Below are positions 58,973 to 64,000 of a stretch of 64,000 nt of DNA, piece by piece. How positions within the stretch are numbered: position 1 is the first letter of the stretch; each line of letters starts with the position of its first letter. This DNA is from Bacteroidota bacterium (GTDB lineage Bacteria; Bacteroidota; Bacteroidia; AKYH767-A; 2013-40CM-41-45). The translations under genes were made by a program, and so were the position numbers. Under the pieces are notes generated by a model that was given only the letters and a program-made list of their open reading frames with translations, had not been told where the DNA came from and ran no database searches. Location: contig JAPLDA010000077.1 in the NCBI GenBank assembly GCA_026391945.1, positions 14,553 through 78,552 on the forward strand. The letters run 5' to 3'.

Positions 58973-59752
58973 GTGGAAAACAAACCTCTTGTCACTTTTA
59001 TCACCGTCGTTTACAACGGCGCTTCAGAGTTGGAGTCAACCATACTGAGCATCCTGTCGCAAACAGAAAAACGGTATGAGTATTTTATCATCGACGGAGG
59101 TTCTACCGACGGTACGGTTGACCTCATAAAAAAATACGAATCGAAACTCACGGGTTGGATTTCCGAAAAAGACCACGGCCTGTACGATGCCATGAACAAG
59201 GGAATGTTGATGGGAACAGGACAATACCTTTGGTTTATGAATGCTGGTGACGTGGTGTATTCGGAATCAACTCTTGAGAAAATTTTTGCTTCTCTTGACA
59301 GACTACAGACCGCAGACCACGGACGACTGCCGGCTGACATCATTTACGGCGAAACGGAAATCATCAATGAAGCAGGAAGTTCTGTCGGCCTGCGACGGTT
59401 ACAAACTCCGGAAAAGCTGAACTGGAAAAGTCTTCAGTGGGGAATGGTGGTTTGTCACCAGTCCTTTTTAGTGAAGCGGGAAAAATGTTTGCCTTACAGC
59501 CGGCAGTACCGGTTTGCCGACGACATCGACTGGATGATCCGCGTGTTGAGGAATTCCGAAACCATTCACAACTCCAGACTGATCCTGTCGAAGTTCAAAG
59601 CGGGCGGATTATCCAAACAGAATATCCGTGAAGGGCTGAAGGAACGTTTCCGCATCATGACACGCAACTACGGTTTTTTTAATACTGCCTTCAACCACCT
59701 GGTTCTCGGAACAAAATTATTCTTCTACTTCTTACGCCACGGGCGCATCTGA
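58973..59752 (+). CDS. Glycosyltransferase family 2
   Basis: ITVVYN, IIDGGSTDGT, SEKDHGLYDAMNKG, FMNAGD. GTG start. Confidence 0.92.
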   Translation: MENKPLVTFITVVYNGASELESTILSILSQTEKRYEYFIIDGGSTDGTVDLIKKYESKLTGWISEKDHGLYDAMNKGMLMGTGQYLWFMNAGDVVYSESTLEKIFASLDRLQTADHGRLPADIIYGETEIINEAGSSVGLRRLQTPEKLNWKSLQWGMVVCHQSFLVKREKCLPYSRQYRFADDIDWMIRVLRNSETIHNSRLILSKFKAGGLSKQNIREGLKERFRIMTRNYGFFNTAFNHLVLGTKLFFYFLRHGRI

Positions 59753-62158
59753 TTTTTTCCGGAACGAGTAAACAAAATACCCGAGAATGATGAGTGTGGC
59801 GAGAACAGATCCGGCAGTGGAAATGGATAAGGTCTTGAAATAATATTCCGGCTCAAACTTAAAATCAATTTTATGCTTCCCTTCCGGAACAACCATCCCG
59901 CGTAAAACATAATTCGTTCTTACATAGGGAACTTTTGCGCCATCGAGGTAAGCGTTCCATCCGTCAGCATAATAAATTTCTGAAAACACAGCGAGTTGTT
60001 TCGCAGTCGTGTTGCTTTCATACGTCAAAGCATTCGGCGCGTAGGATGTAAGACGAATTGACGCCGTTGAGTCAGGAATGAATTTGAAACTGTTCAGGTC
60101 GCTGTCGAACCGCTTGTCAACGATGGCTGTTTGTGCAGGATTGAAATTCGTAAGCGAACTCATCTCCGAATCGGCATTCGGAACCCATTTGATTTCCTTT
60201 ACAAACCATGCATTGCCCATTGCACCGGGATTCTGCTGCGCCATGGGTTCAGGAACATCTTTCGGCCTTACGATGATGTACTTTGCATTGAGCATGTTGA
60301 GTACGTTCATGTTGTTTTTGCTCAGCTGGTTTTCAATCAGCTCATGGTAACGTTTCAACTTGGCACCATGATATCCTCCAATTGATTTATGAAAATAAGA
60401 AGTCGCTGCATCGGTAAACGGGTTGACAGAAGTATTGTAAACACGGTAACTCAAAGAGGTGTCCTGCAGGATCTGAAGATCCGCATTCGTTGCTTCAAAA
60501 GGTTTGTCCGATTTATTTTTTGAAATGAAGTGATCGTTGTTCATGTATTTCTTATCCACCGACCACATGTCAACCAAAACAAAAAACGCAAGAATGTACA
60601 AGGCATACTCCGGTTTGATTTTCTTTTTCAGGAAGAACCATAAGGTGAAGAAAGCGATGGAAATATAAATCAGCGACATCAGCGCACTCATCCGCAACAA
60701 ACTCTCCCTGTCGTCGCGAAGTGCATTGACGAGCCATTCGTATTGCTTGAACTGCGCATCGTTCTTTCCTTCAAAACTTCCGGCAAGACCGGGAACCAGC
60801 ACCAGCAGGAGACACAAACCTCCTGTTATGTAAAATGCGAATTTTAATTTTTTCTTTATTTCTTCCAGGTTATTTTTCACTTCGAGAATTTGTTTCACGG
60901 CTAAAATGGCAAGAACAGGAATGGCGAAGGTGGCGATGGCAAGTATCATCGACACACTTCTGAATTTGTTGTAACCCGGAACATGATAAAAGAAAAATTC
61001 GGTGAAGCCCATGAAATTTTTTCCCCATGCCAGCATGATGGACAGCGCCGTTGCAAGCAGCAGCCACCATTTCAAATCACCTTTCACGATGAACAACCCG
61101 AGAATGAAAAGAAATACGGTGATGGCTCCGATGTAATCCGGGCCGGCGGCGTAAGCGAGATCACCCCAATACATCGGTGCATTTTTTATGAATGATGCTG
61201 CCTGCGCACCTCCCACTCCATTCGCTGTAAGCGCCTGATACGTGGCGGAACTTTTACTCAGTTCGGTGTAAGGACTTCCGCCATAGGCTTCAGGAATGAG
61301 AAGGGTAAGTGTTTCACTCACTCCGTAACTCAAACCATCGGTGGCATAATCAAGATCCAATCCCGATGAAGCCTGTTTCGCAGATAATTCAGAAGCACCG
61401 CGTGTGGTTTGTTTGCCGTAAATATAAGTCGACCACAGGTTCGTGAAATTGGGAATGACAGCAAGTGTTGCGGCCGCCATTAAAACGAAGCATGCCTTTG
61501 CATACTGCGAAATCGTTTTCGTTCGAATGGCATTTACCAGTTCGATCACGAGGAAGATGGCAACAATGTAAACCAGGTAATACGTGATCTGGAAGTGGTT
61601 GGAATAAATTTCCATCCACAGTCCTAAAACCGAAAGAACAAAACCGGAAAGTAAATTTCCTTTCAACGTTCGTATGATTCCCGCCAGCACAATCGGCATG
61701 CAGCCAATAGCAAGGGTTTTGGTGATGTGGCCGACTTTAATGTAAATGAACGTGTAGGAACAAAACGCATACATCACAGCCCCGACCATGGCGAGCCGGT
61801 AATCGACTTTCAGCGTGATGAGCAAAATATAAAACCCGATGAGGTTGAGTAACAACAAATCAATCGGCTCCGGAAAGATGGTACGCATGAACGAAAAAAA
61901 CTGTGTCATGAAATTTTCTTTGCTGAAGGTGGCGATCTGGAAAGCCGGCATCCCGGCAAACATAGAGCCCGTCCAGAGTGCATCCACGCCGGTTTTCTTA
62001 TGAAAATCCTCCACCTCTTTCCGCATGCCTTTGGTGTTGGACATGTCGTACATCTCCACTTTTTTTCCGCTCAGCACAGGCGAGAAATACACAAAACTGA
62101 TGACGATGAACAGCCCGATGGCGATAAAATGAGGCAACGATCTTTTTAACTTTTCCAT
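59732..62158 (-). CDS. YfhO-family multi-pass membrane protein (putative GT-C glycosyltransferase)
   Basis: WTGSMFAGMPAFQI, NHFQITYY, SIGGYHGAKL, FSEIYYADGWNAYLDG...NYVLRGMVVP.G.H.I.F.FEP. Confidence 0.85.
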   Translation of the reverse strand: MEKLKRSLPHFIAIGLFIVISFVYFSPVLSGKKVEMYDMSNTKGMRKEVEDFHKKTGVDALWTGSMFAGMPAFQIATFSKENFMTQFFSFMRTIFPEPIDLLLLNLIGFYILLITLKVDYRLAMVGAVMYAFCSYTFIYIKVGHITKTLAIGCMPIVLAGIIRTLKGNLLSGFVLSVLGLWMEIYSNHFQITYYLVYIVAIFLVIELVNAIRTKTISQYAKACFVLMAAATLAVIPNFTNLWSTYIYGKQTTRGASELSAKQASSGLDLDYATDGLSYGVSETLTLLIPEAYGGSPYTELSKSSATYQALTANGVGGAQAASFIKNAPMYWGDLAYAAGPDYIGAITVFLFILGLFIVKGDLKWWLLLATALSIMLAWGKNFMGFTEFFFYHVPGYNKFRSVSMILAIATFAIPVLAILAVKQILEVKNNLEEIKKKLKFAFYITGGLCLLLVLVPGLAGSFEGKNDAQFKQYEWLVNALRDDRESLLRMSALMSLIYISIAFFTLWFFLKKKIKPEYALYILAFFVLVDMWSVDKKYMNNDHFISKNKSDKPFEATNADLQILQDTSLSYRVYNTSVNPFTDAATSYFHKSIGGYHGAKLKRYHELIENQLSKNNMNVLNMLNAKYIIVRPKDVPEPMAQQNPGAMGNAWFVKEIKWVPNADSEMSSLTNFNPAQTAIVDKRFDSDLNSFKFIPDSTASIRLTSYAPNALTYESNTTAKQLAVFSEIYYADGWNAYLDGAKVPYVRTNYVLRGMVVPEGKHKIDFKFEPEYYFKTLSISTAGSVLATLIILGYFVYSFRKKSDAPVA

Positions 62159-62225
62159 AATGGTGGCTTTTGTTTAGCGATGCAATCTAAAAATACTTTT
62201 TATCATTTCAGAACAGGAGATGATA

Positions 62226-62963
62226 TTATTTGGAAATGAAATACACATCAGGTTCATAAGCGTAATATTCCTGTTCTGTCATCGGAAGCAGTTGTTCCTT
62301 CTCCAGCCGGCAAGGCTTGTAACCCAACGATGAGAATAATTCCAGCATGTTTTTTCTTGTATCAGCATTTCCCAACTCCGACTGAACCACCGGCTTGAAT
62401 TTCGTCAACACATTTTTCATCTGTGAAAAAACAAAATACTCATATCCTTCCACATCGCATTTGATAAAATCGAGGCGGGAAAGTGTAGAGAACAGTTCAT
62501 CGGGAATTTTCATTTCGACTTCATAGGTATCCTTGTATTTCAAATCAGCCGTTGAAATCAAACGTGTTTGTCCGTGTTTGACAATGCCACCGATTTCAGG
62601 AGTTCCCATCGTGACTTTTTTATTTTCTCCTCCTAAGGCATACGGCAGGATTTCCACATTTTTTATTCCGGTCGACTGAAGATTCAGTTTCAATATTTCC
62701 ACAAACAAAGGAACGGGCTCAACGGAAAGAACCTTTCCCTCTCTTCCGCATAGCCGCGATAAGAACGTACTGTAGTATCCCATGTTCGCACCGATGTCGA
62801 TGCAGGTGAATCCGGGCTTGATAATTTTTTCAAGATAAAAAAGTTCCGGGTATTTTTTTTTCATAAAGCCGGAAGCCGTCAGCGAAATATATACTTTGCT
62901 GATGATGACGTAGTAGCCCTTTAAACCAAATAACTGAAGTAGAATTTTCCGGAAGAGACTCAT
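62226..62963 (-). CDS. FkbM family methyltransferase
   Basis: IDIGANMGYY, VEPVP, ALG, LDFIKCDVEGYE. Confidence 0.92.
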   Translation of the reverse strand: MSLFRKILLQLFGLKGYYVIISKVYISLTASGFMKKKYPELFYLEKIIKPGFTCIDIGANMGYYSTFLSRLCGREGKVLSVEPVPLFVEILKLNLQSTGIKNVEILPYALGGENKKVTMGTPEIGGIVKHGQTRLISTADLKYKDTYEVEMKIPDELFSTLSRLDFIKCDVEGYEYFVFSQMKNVLTKFKPVVQSELGNADTRKNMLELFSSLGYKPCRLEKEQLLPMTEQEYYAYEPDVYFISK

Positions 62964-62980
62964 TTATAAAATGGAAGGAT

Positions 62981-63008
62981 GAATAAAGATTATAGAATAA
63001 GGAATAAA
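62981..63008. repeat. Short heptamer array
   Basis: gaataaa gattata gaataag gaataaa. Confidence 0.5.
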
Positions 63009-63039
63009 AGACGATCGTTTCATTTTGTTGACAGGGAAT

Positions 63040-63276
63040 TTATTTCACTTCTTCGTAGTCGGTGTAATCATCATCGTCGTGTTTGGAAAGTTTTCCCGGT
63101 TTGATTTTTTCGATGTACACTTTTCCTTCCTTTTTTCTTTTCCTTTCCTCCTGCTCCCTGCGTTCCTGTTCCTTCTGTTGTTTCTGCATGGCGGCGTAAA
63201 AGGATCCGAACATCATTCTCCTCAACACACCGAAGAGGATGAAAGCGATGACAATGATGAGTAAGAATTCCTGCAT
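63040..63276 (-). CDS. Small single-TM protein (DUF4834-like)
   Basis: N-terminal TM, charged linker, C-terminal DDYTDYEEVK. Confidence 0.75.
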   Translation of the reverse strand: MQEFLLIIVIAFILFGVLRRMMFGSFYAAMQKQQKEQERREQEERKRKKEGKVYIEKIKPGKLSKHDDDDYTDYEEVK

Positions 63277-63294
63277 GCTATTTAATTGAATCGT

Positions 63295-63999
63295 TTACCT
63301 GCTCAAATACAAATTCCTCTCTCCATATATTTTCTGGAAGAATTCGTCTTCGAGATCATCAATGAAATAAATGGCTTCGCCGGTAGATTTCATTTCCGGC
63401 CCGAGTTCTTTATTGACATCAAGGAATTTATCAAACGAAAATACGGGAACTTTGATGGCATAGCCGCCTTTCTTCGGGTTGAATTTAAAATCTTTCAGCT
63501 TGTTCACGCCCAGCATCACGCGCGTTGCAAAATTCACGTAGGCTTCGTCATACGCCTTGGCAATGAACGGCACCGTGCGGGAAGCACGCGGGTTGGCTTC
63601 GATCACATATACTTTTTCATCCTTGATGGCGAACTGGATGTTGATCAGCCCGATCACATTCATCGCCAGGGCAATCTTACGCGTGATGTCTTCCATCTGT
63701 TTGATCACACCAGCACTCAGGTCAAACGGCGGAAGTACGGCATTGCTGTCGCCGCTGTGAATGCCTGCCGGTTCGATGTGTTCCATCATACCAATGATGT
63801 ACACATCTTCTCCGTCGCAAATGGCATCGGCTTCCGCCTCGATGGCTTTTTCAAGAAAATGATCGAGCAATATTTTGTTATCCGGAATGTCGCGAAGAAT
63901 ATTCACGACGTGCGATTCCAGTTCCTGTTCGTTGATGACAATCTTCATACTCTGTCCGCCGAGAACATACGAAGGCCGCACCAGCAAAGGGAATCCAAG
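63295..63999 (-). CDS. carB: Carbamoyl-phosphate synthase large subunit, C-terminal part (5'-partial at the window end)
   Basis: LVRPSYVLGG, EHIEPAGIHSGDS, NIQFA, IEANPRASRTVPF, LGPEMKSTGE. Confidence 0.95.
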   Translation of the reverse strand, partial: LGFPLLVRPSYVLGGQSMKIVINEQELESHVVNILRDIPDNKILLDHFLEKAIEAEADAICDGEDVYIIGMMEHIEPAGIHSGDSNAVLPPFDLSAGVIKQMEDITRKIALAMNVIGLINIQFAIKDEKVYVIEANPRASRTVPFIAKAYDEAYVNFATRVMLGVNKLKDFKFNPKKGGYAIKVPVFSFDKFLDVNKELGPEMKSTGEAIYFIDDLEDEFFQKIYGERNLYLSR

Positions 64000-64000
64000 T

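Overview
Chromosomal window of a Bacteroidota bacterium. The attribution rests on recurrent TAnnTTTG (-7) promoter motifs, several T9SS cargo proteins and the rpmG-DUF4295-ftsY-rimO and guaB/PPIase/surA/MoxR neighbourhoods. About 48 CDSs tile the window, and those at both edges are partial. Housekeeping genes include uvrA, rimO, ftsY, rpmG, surA, guaB, lpdA, carB and an M16 peptidase pair. They are interspersed with secreted T9SS proteins, TonB-dependent receptors and lipoproteins. A clear cobalamin riboswitch precedes a btuB-like receptor and a lone DUF6580/S-component-like membrane protein. I saw no tRNA, rRNA, CRISPR array, transposase, integrase or prophage gene. The best leads are: (1) a T9SS-secreted lysyl-oxidase-family protein with intact Cu-binding His cluster and LTQ-forming Lys/Tyr; (2) a TerB-like/ABCG-type fused ABC exporter preceded by a lipoprotein; (3) a minimal riboswitch-btuB-DUF6580 B12 uptake module; (4) a CHASE3-PAS-PAS membrane sensor with no output domain; (5) a lipoprotein plus DUF5723-like barrel pair; (6) several intergenic 7-nt-period repeat arrays and a REP-like hairpin triplet. 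All family assignments come from motif recognition by eye, with no database searches, so novelty is unverified.
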